This document shows, one piece after another, positions 25,620 to 38,210 of a DNA stretch of 64,000 nt. Numbering within the stretch: position 1 is the first letter of the stretch; every line of letters starts with the position of its first letter. Position numbers and translations under genes: made by a program. Below the pieces are notes generated by a model that made no database searches, was not told the DNA's origin, and saw nothing but the letters and a program-made list of their open reading frames with translations. This DNA comes from Cycas panzhihuaensis (taxonomy: Eukaryota; Plantae; Cycadophyta): the NCBI GenBank assembly GCA_023213395.1, contig CM041465.1, forward strand, positions 74,965,741 to 75,029,740. The letters are read 5' to 3'.

Positions 25620-27090
25620 ATTTCTCATTTTTTATAGAAATGTGAGGCTGAAATCCACCGAATCTAACATAAAGCCTTCTCGTATCAGTAATTTCTCCAG
25701 TATACTTGGGCTTCATATTTACACTCACTATACCTATAGACAGTACCTCCATGTTGAAGCTCTTTTAGTTTCTCCTCAAGAGCTAAACTTGTATTCCTCT
25801 TAAGTAAATGCCTTTCTTCCCGCTAGAAACCAACAATAGTGTCAAATAATGCTTAAAATCCATAGATCCCTCCACCCATCGATCCCAAACTCCAACTGGA
25901 TGTCTCCATCTATACTCCTATAATTAATGCAACCATTTGTCTGATCAATAGATAAAATAGGATCCTCCATCTACAACTTATGCATCTTGTTGGCAAGTAA
26001 AGAAGTTTTCTAGATGCTAGCATCTAAAGCAACATGATCTAATAATATTTGCACTTTATCTTTCTTGTTAGCTAAATATGACATGTTACTCCTAGCTAAA
26101 TCATCATCAATATCATGAAGAATATTATAAATATCTGTAGTTGATTCATGAAGCTCTTCTATTGATATATCCCCATCTATTAACTCCAATACAACAATAA
26201 GAATTTATTCATACATCTGTCAAACATCACTTGATGCTAATGGATGCCATCCAAGACATCTTTATTACCTTTGTCCCAATTACATACAATCTTCTTAGTG
26301 AGTCCAGAGTTACCAACCAAAGTAACAGATGCTTTACGACGCTTATTCTGAAGAATATGTTTGCATTCTAAATACGCCTTCTCAACATCATAAAAATACT
26401 TAGACTGCTGGTGGGAAGCCCTCAGCATCATGGTCAGATGACGTGAAGATAATTCCTACTTAGGTATCCCTACCCACTGCTGCTTTGCTCCACATTTCCC
26501 ATCTTTCCCTCTTATAACAGCCATCAAATCTCTTTGGTTGCTCACACAGAAATAAATCGTGCTATATGCTAACAATCCTACTAATGGCCTCTTCTAATGT
26601 TTACATATCCCCTCAGAAAAATGTGTATCTTATTTTATAATCCATTGAAGATTCTATTCACCATCCAGGACACAAGCAACCTCTGAAACTTTTAGCATTA
26701 TGAACCATAGACCTCTAAGCCTACAACTTCATGTATGTCCATCTTATGCTTAACACCACAGCTCCCAAGCTTTTATCTCAAATCCAAGAACTCTGCATGC
26801 TCAAACACAAGTCAGATTTCTGATGAGATAGGTAATTGTTTGACTCTTAATGAGATATATAGAGGCGTACCACTTTCTATTTCCAAGTTAAAATAGTTAG
26901 AGTAGTTGATCTTGAAAAATAATCAACTAGGAGGACCTATTCCTTCATCTTTATCTCAAGATCTTTAATATCAGATTTGTGGCTCAATATCCTTTGTAGT
27001 ATAATATTCATCGAATCGATCTACTTTATGTGCCCAAATTTGAACTAGATTCAATCATTTCTTTGGTGGCCCTCTTCTCTTCTCACCGTG
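25620..27090 (-). pseudogene. Decayed protein-coding remnant, tentatively NB-ARC/NLR-like with two RPW8-like N-terminal helical repeats
   Basis: Reading through stops and frameshifts gives: ...DIKDLEIKMKE*V...; ...DM*TLEEAISRIVSI*HDL...; FPPAV/YFYDVEKAYLECKHILQNKRRKASVTLVGNSG-LTKKIV (P-loop context, GKT missing); KVQILLDHV about 90 residues later (Walker B-like); WRHPV (GLPL-like position). Family assignment is by eye. Confidence 0.45.
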
Positions 27091-27099
27091 TGCAATGTA

Positions 27100-27280
27100 T
27101 AGGTAGTGGCCCTCTGCAAATACGTGGCATGCGTAGGTCCAACTACGTGGCTCGGCGATCAAACGACCCGGAGTAGCGGTATGGGCAAATGGTCGATAGG
27201 CGTGTGCATCATGCACGACATCTGGTAGCAGAGGCCGTATGACACGCGCGGCAACACGACAACTGTGGTAGTGTAACAAT
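27100..27280. promoter_or_regulatory. CpG-rich patch with two ABRE/G-box motifs and a CGCG box
   Basis: TACGTGGC at 27121 and 27144; ACACGCGCGG at 27242; dense CG in an otherwise CG-depleted region; upstream of the minus-strand remnant. Confidence 0.35.
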
Positions 27281-27288
27281 AGTATAAC

Positions 27289-29130
27289 TGTTAAGATTTT
27301 AATTTTTAATTTTATTTTTTATAAAGTTTGGAAAAAATTAATTATATTAAATAATATTTTGATTCTGCATTTAAAATCCTAGCCTTTTTGTTCTCTTAGC
27401 CCTCAATCACATGAGCTTCTCACGTGATCGTTAGGTATCACTAAAGGCGCCAGCAACTTTATAACATTTTTTTCTTTTTACTTTCTTTAATTTTTTTCAT
27501 TTTACATAGGGTAATTGGTAAATTTTTGCCATAAGTTCTCACTAGATCATCAGTTTCTGATGAAACTAGTTTCATTATGTCCAAAATTTTCTATAAACCG
27601 ATTTTGACTAGTCATATAATCTATTTGGACCTGATTTAACCCTGTTTTAGTTAGTTTAAAGTCAATCATCAAATTTTGAGCATTTTTAAACTTTTTTATA
27701 AAATCACTTTTTCATTAGATTATATTTTATTACCGGGTGATTATTTTCTACCTGGATCTATTCTACAGTAATCTACTTTAAAAAAAAATTATTACTAACT
27801 ATTTATTTTATTTTTTAAGATTTATTTTTATCATTATTTTAATCGTCTAAAGTGATATTTTAGTATTTTTTAGCATTTTTTAAAACATATTCACATAAAG
27901 GTGCTTGTTGCCATTTCTGTTATACTTTTTTGTTTTGTATCAATTGATTTGTCGGTTTCATTGGGAAGCTGACTCATTCCTCTTCGAATTGATATAGTCT
28001 TTTATATGTTTTAAGATGTTTTTATTAATTTTCAAAAGCATTAAAGTAGAGGTACTTAATAGCCTTTAACCTACCATAATTACACATTTCTCATATATTA
28101 TTTCTCAAAATTTTCAATTAAAAGTATATTGATTAGTCTTCAAAATGATATTTGATCATTTTACATCATTCTATAAGTATTTTATTAGCATTTTTATGCT
28201 ATTTGGAGCTACCTGCTCCTGTTAAGCCTAAAAAAGAGGTCTATAACTTTGGATCATCAAATATTGACTTATAGGAACCCACTTTCAAAACGGTTAGTTC
28301 CATTGGATACATATTTTATTAATCTTCATTTTGGTATAGTTTCATATTATTCTAACACTATTTAGCATAGCTTTGAAGCTACCAAACTTGAGGTTATCCT
28401 CTCAACCTTTCTTTTAAGGAGTACAATACTTTTTTGTTCAAAAATTTCTTCATATTTTTTATATTTCAAAGTGAAATTACTCATATATATTTTAGATTCA
28501 ACATTATATATTATTATCAAGGTAAAAGATTTATTGCATTGAAAGGTTATATTTATTCATTTGAAGAAAATCAAAAGGATAAGGTCTTATTTCATATTTG
28601 TATAGCTAAAAGAATATTGGTATATGATTTCAAAGTTGCTTATATATTCATTATTTCCTTATTACATTTAGTTGATTTATTTTTTAAAGGGCATTAGATC
28701 TCTTTTCAAAAGTTTATTTGAAATCATATATGTTAATTGGTTTATTGACTTTTTAACTTGGTAAAAGCATACCTTATATGTACTAAATTTTTTTAGTAAA
28801 ATGACATTCAATCTTAATTAAGTGAAATTTCCTATTTTCAATGGCCATAATTTTTTACTATGGCACAAGACTATGCAAAATTATTTCATTATACATGATC
28901 TTTGGAAATATTTATAACATGAATGTGGTCTTAGTATTAAAGAAAATTTTAGAAAGGATAATGAAGTCTTACAACTATTATTTTGTACTATAAATGATGA
29001 TGTTTTTTCTAGAGTTTCTGAATTAACAACTTCCAAATCCGTTTGGGATATTTTAATTTCTACTTATAGGGAAGATACCCTCAATGTATTTGATGTTGAT
29101 TTTGTTGAGCATGTGAGATAGAGAACTAGG
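27289..29130 (+). mobile_element. Copia-type leader plus gag fragment (family B)
   Basis: FNGHNFLLWHKTMQNYFIIHDLWKY...KDNEVLQLL...FSRVSELTTSKSVWDILISTY at 28.8-29.1 kb; homologous to 31.4-31.8 kb. Confidence 0.75.
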
Positions 29131-29199
29131 CATAACACCCATTAATGTTTAGCCTCATATGCATCCACATCATTATAATATAATCATTGAGAAATTGAT

Positions 29200-30786
29200 A
29201 TATACTTTACTAGAGTAAGGCACAATTGTTCCAAGCTAAAGTCATTTTACTACTCTAATTCTATTAGTGCTAAAAAAGGATGAATCCTATAATATGTGTC
29301 TAGATTATAGGCCACTAAGCATGGTAATAATAAAAATTGTTACCCAATATTATGGGTTGATGATCTCTTCTATGAATTATATTGGACATTGTTTTTCACT
29401 AAAATTGATTCAAGATTAGGATATTATCATATTTAAATATAAGCTTAGGATATGGCAAAAATAATGTTATGGACCCATGAAGGGAATTATAAGTTTAAAT
29501 TTATACGTTTTGGATTAATAAATACACCAACCACATTCCAAGAAACTATGAACAAGGTACTCCATCTATGTTTTTGTAAGTTTACATGAGTATTCTTTGA
29601 TGATATTTTAATTTATAGTAATACTTGGGAGGAGCACCTATAACATATTAGGCATATACTATAAACACTTCAAGATAATGTTTTAATTTAGAAATGTGAG
29701 GAAATGTACTTTTAGTAAATAATAATTGGAATACTTGGGCTATATCGTATTAAAGAAAGGAGTTAAGATAGATCCTAAGAAAGTATAGGCAATGCTTCAT
29801 TGGCCCACACTGACCAACATCACTAAGGTTAAGGGATATTTGGGTATGACAATGATCTACTAATATTTCATCATCTATATTGCAACACTCTTATCTGACT
29901 TGACCAAGAAGGATATTTTTAGATGTGATGAGAAAGTATATAAGGCATTCAACTAACTTAAGGAGCTCGTAACATCATTGCTAATACTCACAACTTCAAA
30001 ATTTGAGAAGCTATTTATATTGGAATGTGATGCCTTAGTTGAAGGGTTAGGGACCATGTTAATGTAGGATAATCATCCTATTTCTTTTGAGAGTTGAAGG
30101 CTCAAAGCAAAGGAAAATCTTATCCTTATTTATGACAAGGAGATGCTAGCCATATCATATGCTATCACAAAGTGGCAATAATATCTAGTAGGTAACACGT
30201 TTCTAGTGAAAACATATCATTCTAGTTTTAAATACTTCTTAATTCAATTAAATCTATCATAAGAATAATAAAAATAGGTAAGCTCGCTTCAAGCCTACTT
30301 AGGAGATAGTTTATAAAAAGAGAAAAGAAAATATAGTTATAGATGACCTATTAAGAAAGGACAAGGTTACATCACTACTTACCATATTTATAGAAACACT
30401 TATATAAATTTAAGAAATATAAAAGGAATACACAAGTGATGTACATACCAAGAAAATCATCTAGTGGCTATAAAATGATTCTAATGCAGACAAGAAATTT
30501 AATTGAAGAATAATACTTTATGGTTAAAAATTAGATATACCCTTTATTCCACAATTTAGCATTCATGGAAATGATATTATAAGGCAATGCAATGCGATAC
30601 CATTAGTTGATCATGTTAAAATGGACAAAATATACTGTAGTGTTAAAAAATCATTCTTTTGAATGCTGAAAACAATGTCAACTAGTAGTGTTAAATGCGC
30701 TCATATTTAAAAGAAACAAAAGTAAGAATAGAAGATTTCGTTGTGCTTCTTTATAACCATTGGCATATTCCACAAAGAAAGATGGT
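29200..30786 (+). mobile_element. Ty3/gypsy chromovirus-type RT-RNase H-start of INT, decayed
   Basis: LVLKKDES..MCLDYRPL, FTKIDSRLGYYH, FGLINTPTTFQ, VFFDDILIYS, LECDA, YDKEMLAI. Cut by the gap. Confidence 0.9.
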
Positions 30787-31286
30787 NNNNNNNNNNNNNN
30801 NNNNNNNNNNNNNNNNNNNNNNNNNNNNNNNNNNNNNNNNNNNNNNNNNNNNNNNNNNNNNNNNNNNNNNNNNNNNNNNNNNNNNNNNNNNNNNNNNNNN
30901 NNNNNNNNNNNNNNNNNNNNNNNNNNNNNNNNNNNNNNNNNNNNNNNNNNNNNNNNNNNNNNNNNNNNNNNNNNNNNNNNNNNNNNNNNNNNNNNNNNNN
31001 NNNNNNNNNNNNNNNNNNNNNNNNNNNNNNNNNNNNNNNNNNNNNNNNNNNNNNNNNNNNNNNNNNNNNNNNNNNNNNNNNNNNNNNNNNNNNNNNNNNN
31101 NNNNNNNNNNNNNNNNNNNNNNNNNNNNNNNNNNNNNNNNNNNNNNNNNNNNNNNNNNNNNNNNNNNNNNNNNNNNNNNNNNNNNNNNNNNNNNNNNNNN
31201 NNNNNNNNNNNNNNNNNNNNNNNNNNNNNNNNNNNNNNNNNNNNNNNNNNNNNNNNNNNNNNNNNNNNNNNNNNNNNNNNNNNNNN
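30787..31286. other. Assembly gap (exactly 500 N)
   Basis: Fixed-length N run, typical of a scaffolding spacer. Contiguity across it is not guaranteed. Confidence 0.99.
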
Positions 31287-32703
31287 TTTTTATTGAGAGT
31301 TTTAGTATTTGTTATATTTCAAAGTGTAGAAGATACTTTCATATATATTTCACCATTATATTATTATCGAGACAAAAAGAAAGTATGTGACTCTTTTGAT
31401 TTGAGGCATCGTATAAGTTTAGTCATTTATTGAGCTTTTTTTAATTTTGATAAAAGTATACTTCACTTTTATATACTAAAAATTTATGTAAAATGGCATT
31501 TGACTATGTCCCAGTACTAATTTCTACATTTTGATGGTACATGCTTTTCACTGGCGTAATGTGGACCGCATAAAATTATTTTATTACCGCATGATCTAAT
31601 GGAGTATTTACTGACGTAGTTATGATGTTAGTATTAAGGAAAATATTAGAAAGGATAATGAAGCATTAGGATTATTACATTTTTTGCCATATGAATAGCG
31701 ATTTTTTGAAAGGTTTTGTGAATTAATGACCTTTAAATCTATTTGGGATATTTTGGTTTCCACTTATAAGGGAGATACACTCGATTGTATTGATGATAAT
31801 AACAGATTTTATTGGCGTATGGGGAGCGAGTGATAGAAACCCAGTGGATCGTAATGATAAAACTGATGAAGATTGAGATCAAAATGTAGAGGACCACACT
31901 TTGCTTACCGCAGTTTGATCCTCCGTTTGAGGAGAATGAAAATTAATCTTTATGACATGATGGAGAATGAATCGCTATGATATGACAAAGAATGAACATG
32001 AGTGATATGGCAGATTGTTCATAGCATAAAGACTGAAAGACAAAGTTCAAAGTTGAGCCTTGCCCAATGTTCTACAGTTAACAAAAGTCAAAATTATAGC
32101 TATTCATCTACATTTGAATCATGTTTCATCTATTTACAGTTTTTTTGCATCACTCCTTAGTAAAGAGATATATTTTATAAAAAGGTTAAAGTGAGTTGAT
32201 AGAGATTAGAATTTCAAAGTTTTTTTCAAATACAAGTTCCATAAGTTCAAGAAAAAGATACAAGTGTTCGTTATGACATTAAGGGGGAGAATGTTGGAGT
32301 TAATTGTCATCACTCCTACCTTTCCAACTAGGATTATACACCTCATCAACCTTAATTTAGACATGTGATGTTTAACATGTTGAGGTAAGTTAAGGTAAAT
32401 TTAACTTTGATTTAAGTTAGTTTCATTTGAGTTAAGTTAACTTTATTTTATTATTATTTTGAATTCAAGGGTTGAGGAGTTTCCCTCCTCCCCCAAATTA
32501 TAAATATTGAGGGGTGTGCAACCCTAGCGCCTTTAGACACCACACTCATTTGGAAAATTTATAATACTCACTTCTCACAATATGGCTTAAATATAATGCT
32601 TTCATGGTTTATGCTACATTGCTACATTGATGTATTGCAATATTGATCTATATGATTCTACTCTATATTCTACCCTGTTCTTCTATAAATTATTTTTCCT
32701 ACA
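31287..32703 (+). mobile_element. Gag-only copia derivative B2 with PPT and 3' LTR (32292-32703)
   Basis: Gag fragment (RKDNEALGLL...KSIWDILVSTYKG), ~500 bp without pol motifs, PPT AAGGGGGAGAA, LTR TGTTGGAGTTAA...CCTACA. Confidence 0.8.
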
Positions 32704-32749
32704 AATATATTGATGAAGTTTAATGACATACCACAATGGTTCAAAATTA

Positions 32750-33560
32750 AGATGGGTGTTTTTCATAGGGTACCTTCACATGAAGTGGATTTGGATAATA
32801 TGTGAAAGAGGCAACTAATAAGGATAATTTAGTTTAGAGGTCAGGAGAGGAAGATTTTTGAGGAGACTCATCATTAGGTTTATGTTCATTTTTAATATCA
32901 AAGTCTTCTTCTATTGTTGGGTCAATAATGAAAACCATATGCTTTGATTTACATGATCTCCTATGACTAGGGTCTATTTTTAAGCACTTAACATATAGGC
33001 CAACTTTAAATGCCTATCCATTTTTATTCATGACACATATACCATTCCTATAGGAGGTTTCATCACTAAACATTATGCCTCATTTGATTTGCTACATTGA
33101 TACTATTAGTTTAAAGGATTGAGATGTTGGTACCATATGGAATCTTACATGGAAGTAGTTGAGTGTTCTATAACAAACTCAACATTAATTACTTTTGCTA
33201 TCAAAATAACATCTTTTTAAGCTATGGGGTAGTGACCTTTAGGTGCATTTGAATGCACTCCTTAAGTCTAGAAATATATATATTAATAAAGTTTTTCAAT
33301 CAGTGGTCAAGAAACTCGATTCTATAATGCTTGAAATTTATTCATATATGCTTTAACTAATGTTATCTATTTCAACCAAATGAGTTGGGTAAAGAAAGAG
33401 TGGTTTTACATATCATCATATTTCTTAAAAAATTCTTATAAAATATGTCCCATGTTTAATTTATGAATTCTCACACTACCACCAATAGACTAATAGTGTG
33501 ATTTTCCATTTAGATAGATTGAGGAAAACGTTAATTGCTTTCTTATGAATATAGGATTTA
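32750..33560 (-). mobile_element. Ty3/gypsy gag remnant (probably continues at ~47185-47700), host of Copia-C
   Basis: Minus strand YLNGKSHY...EFFKKYDD...FFTQLIWLK*ITLVKAYMNKFQAL resembles Retrotrans_gag. Confidence 0.55.
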
Positions 33561-34119
33561 AAGATTATTTGGAGAGAGGGGTTTTCTATTTATATATATT
33601 ACAGTAGTTTAAATCATAATAAGGAAATTAATATAAATAAATAATAGTTTGTATTTTATATAATCATAAACACAACAATCATATAAATTGAGATATAGAT
33701 TGGGATTGGAAAAACCCTAATAGGGATTAAAAAACCACCTCAAAAATAGATAAATTTATTAATAAATAAGTAAATTATATGTTATAGACACAAGATAATC
33801 TCATCCTCTCTAAAGTTGAGAATGTGAACAACAAAGTAGTTGACCAACATCATAGCCTCGACCACCTATATAGTTTAGACTAATATTTTTACCATTGTCA
33901 CCATTAGGACCATCTCTCTAGAATTTAAGGAGATATAAATAGATGGAGAGGTTCATTAAAAAGATAACTACTCTTTTTTAATGAACCTTACAATAATAGG
34001 ATTATTTAATAAAGTAACTTTAAAATATAACATTAAACATTATTAATATTCTAACATCCCCCTTTAATATTATCTTTTATATAATAGATAATACATAGGA
34101 AGTGTAGAAGAAGAAGATA

Positions 34120-37100
34120 AAGAAGTCTTCAGCATGTTGATCCCCCTTTGATCAGGAATTTTATAATCTTCAATAATTCTTTGAGTTTTAGAAACTTTAC
34201 TTTGATTAATGACTTTGTCATAATATCTGCAATCTGTAAGTCTATAGGATAATAAGACAAATAAATAATTTTAGCATTTACAAGATTGCGTATAAAGTGT
34301 TGATATAATTCTATGTTTTATCCTAGAGTGAACAATAGGATTGGCAGCAATAGAAATAACACCTTAATTATCAACTATAATTTTAATTAGAGAGTTAGGA
34401 AATAATTTAAGTTTACTTAATAAGGATTTGAGCTATAGTGATTCTTTATTGGCTTCAACAAGTGTACGATATTCAATTTCGGTTATGGATAAAGTTAATG
34501 CATGTATTTTCTTACTAGACTAAGTAATTGGTAAAGAGTCTAGAAAGAAAATATAACCTGCTATCAACTTACGATCATCTAGTCTCTTATCCAATCTAAA
34601 TCTGTATAGCCTATTAATTTTAGGTTGGTACTACATGAATGATAGGTTAGGCCATGGAATATTGTACCTTGTAAGTATCTTAAAATTTGTTTTACAGATT
34701 TTTAGTGAGAATCATAAGGTTTCTATATGTATCTAGAGTAAAGAGCTATAGCATACAAGATGTTTGGGCAAGTATGTGTTAGGTAGATTAAACTACTTAT
34801 AAGTTGGCGATAAGTAGTAGGATCAAAAATATGTGTAGGGTAATCAATTGATAGTTTAATACCTAATTATAGAGGATTAGGAGTTGGTTTGGCATTTTCC
34901 ATATTAAATCTTTTAATCAAATCAAGTGTATACTTGGGTTGTGAAATGGTTATCTTTGAATTAGTTTGGCAAATTTGTAAACCTAAGAAATAATGTAAAA
35001 GACTCAAGTCAGTCATTTCAAATTTGTCTATTAAGATAGTTTTTAATTGATGAATACTAGAATTTAAGGATCTAGTTATAATTATATCATCGTAAAAATT
35101 AAGATAGTAATATTTTCATTTTAGGTTTGAAGTAGAGATTGGGATCACTAATGCACTTAGTGTATCCATTTTGTGTAGGGTAATCATCTATTTTTATATA
35201 CCAAGCTCATAGATCTTGTTTTAAACCATATAAAGATTTTTTTAACTTACGTTCAAGATTAGGGTTGGAAATGAAACCAGGGGGTTATTTTATATAGATT
35301 TCTTCTTTTAGATCTCCATTCAAGAATGCTCTTTTAACATCTATTTGATAGATATTCTAGACAAATTTGGCTGCTAAAGCTAGGATAGTTTTGATAGTAT
35401 TCATTTTAGCTACTAGAGTAAAGGTTTTCATATAGTCAATACTGTTAATTTGAGAAAAACCATTGGCTACTGCTCAAGTCTTATATTTCTCAATAACTCT
35501 TTCAGAGTTATATTTTGTTCAGTAAACCCATTTATAGTCTACCAAATGTTCTTGGAGGAAAGGGTAAATAAGTCCCAAGTTGAGTTCTTTTTAAGTACAT
35601 CAAATTTAGCTTGCATGGCTTGTTGCCATATGGGACTATTATTTACTTCCTTGAAGGTTTTTTGATCATCTATGGCTAGAACTTTGGCCATTAGTAATGG
35701 AAGCTTTTGAGAATACTTTTTCTTGATATTTAATGGATTTTCAGCATCAAAGCCAGTATCAAAGAGAGTTTTTTATGCCCATACTAGTTGTTTATTTTTT
35801 ATAGAAGTAGAGATAGGAGGTTGATCAGTCAAATTTAATTGATTAACCAAATCTAATATAGATGATTTAGTTAATGTCAAATTCTAAACTTGACTGGATA
35901 GGGAATCTATTGATTCAGGATCATCTTGTTTGTTAAAGGTGTCTGATAAACAAGTGTTGGTTAATAGATTCTTGACCAGAAGTTCTATATAAGAGGTATT
36001 TAATGAAGATCCCTCTTCATTAAATACAACATCATGTACAATTGAAATCTTATACATGATTAGATCAAGAAGCCTATAGGCCTCGCCTTCTTTGTTATAG
36101 CCAATGAAGATGTATTTAGAAATTTTAGGGTTGAGTTTCTTATATTTTTCTATGGGAACATGCCCCCATGCAATGCTTCTGAATATTTTAAGATGTTTGA
36201 TAGAAGGTTTTCGACTAGACCATTTCCGTTATGGTGTAACATTCTATAGTGATTTACTTAGTAATCAATTTAAAAGATAGTTGGAATAGGCTATTACTTC
36301 AGCCCATAACTTTAGATCTAAAACTTTTGCACGTAACATACATCAAGTCATTTCTATGAGTGTACAATTTTTATGTTTAGCAACACCATTTTATTGGGGA
36401 GTATATGCAATAAAATGCTAGAATTATATTCCATGTTTTCAAAGATCCGATTTCTTGTTTTAAGCATATAAACCCAACAATTTCTAGAAAAATCATCAAT
36501 GAAAGTGATAAACTATTTACTTCTAGAGTATATGATACTTGGAAAGGACCATAAATATCAGAGTGTACTAGTTCAAGTGTATTTTCCGCTCTAAATATAG
36601 TCTTATATGGAAAGAGATCTATGCGTTGCTTTCCTATTATGTAGGCTTCACAAACTTGATAGATTGTACTTAAGGTGGGTAATCCATGAGCTATATCATG
36701 CTTGCTTAAATATTGAAGTTTGCCATAACTTGTATAGCCAAACTGAGCATGCCATAGCTTGCTGATTAGATTAGATTTAGCTATGAAGGCATTGAAATCT
36801 TTTGCTTTAGAGTGTTAAAAACTTGTTAGATTATAGAGACTTATTTTATGATCTACAGGTCCTAAGGCAATTATTTTAAACTTGTTTAAAGGTTTTTTGA
36901 TAACAAACCTGTCTTTCTAGAATTTGACAACGAGGTCTTTCTAGCAGATTTGATATATTAAAAGAAGATTTGGTAGTAATCCAAGAATGAAAAATACATC
37001 CTTAATAGAACCATCTTTTAAAGAAACATCTTATGTTCCTTTGACTTTTAGTTCTGAGCCACTTTCAAATGAGATTTCCTCTTTGGGATTAAGATCAGAA

Positions 37101-38210
37101 TGATAGGAAGATAGGTATTCTTGATGTCCCATCATATGATGGGATGCACGATTAAGAATCCACAAGGGTGATTGAGAAGTTAGAGCTGAAAAGGCTAATG
37201 TGGAAGTAGTTAGAGAATGATGAGAATTATGGGATTATGGTTGGATCCCCTTAGAAGCTTTCCAGGCTTCAAAAGTAATTCTATTTTATAACATCGATGG
37301 TGTGCCCCATTTTGTAACAGTAAATACAACTGATATTCTAATTAGAATTAGAATTAATAGAATTCCTTTTTAGGAATGATTGTTTAGAGGTATTCTGAGA
37401 TTGAGGTGATCCAAAATACTTATTGTTATGATGAGGATTATTTGGAGTAGATGTACCTCTATGAGGTTTTTAGAATTTGGGATGATTATAATGATTATTT
37501 TGATAGTTATTTTGATGTTTAGGTTTATTAATTAGTTTTGATTTAGAAAAAAGAGCCTGTGAAGGATCTTTATGTTTCTTGGTATGAATCAACATTGTTT
37601 GATATTTAACTATCCAATTCGTTAATTAATCGAATGTAATTGACAGATGACCTGCTTGCTGCCTAACAGTTTTGAAAAGATTGAAATGTTTTGGAAGTTT
37701 ATTGATTACGAGACGAACAAGTGTATCATCATCTTATGTGTGTGTTACAGTGAAAATTTTGTCATCTACTTTTATAGAAGACTTTATGCAATTGCCTAAG
37801 TATTTACTGATAAGTTGAAGTTTTGATAAGAATTCTTCAAGTGTAGAGAAACCTTTGAAGTTTAAATCATATATTTGTTATTCTAGAATGGCTAACTTCT
37901 AATTGTCAACCTTATCGTATTTCTCCTTTGAATGAATTCCATACTGTGGCTAAATCATCTGTGTTAGAGAAGTGCCGAATAATGTCTAGAGAGAGAGAGG
38001 TTAGGATGGTGCTTAGAGCTCCATCACAATTCATCAGATATACCATATATGCATCTAATGTTTTGTCTGTTGATTTAACAAATTCTCCTATTACATATTA
38101 CCATAGCTTTTGTTGCTTTAAGCTATGAGATATGTGTGTTTTCTAGTAAGCATAGTTTGTCGGTTAATACTAGAATCGATGCATAGGGAGGTAGTCCCAA
38201 GCATGAGCAC
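34120..38210 (-). pseudogene. Copia-C gag-pol, disrupted
   Basis: Minus strand: gag (TNYAY*K..LKQQKLW); protease (WIL..ASHHM, ~37150); LWHAQFGY; ELVHSDIYGP; RT (DVKRAFLNGDLKEEIY, IYGLKQ); RNase H (QIADIMTKSL). Confidence 0.92.

Noticed and set aside
25625-25665. IRWISASHFYK resembling the EDS1/PAD4 EP-domain motif
   Set aside because: Not followed by LVEPLDIA, and spacing to any lipase motif is wrong.
27055-27279. 74-aa minus-strand ORF with a faint Kelch-like look
   Set aside because: Non-ATG start and a single weak repeat; an open frame is expected in GC-rich DNA. A regulatory reading is at least as good.
30695-31433. ORFs spanning X runs
   Set aside because: Created by the 500-N gap.
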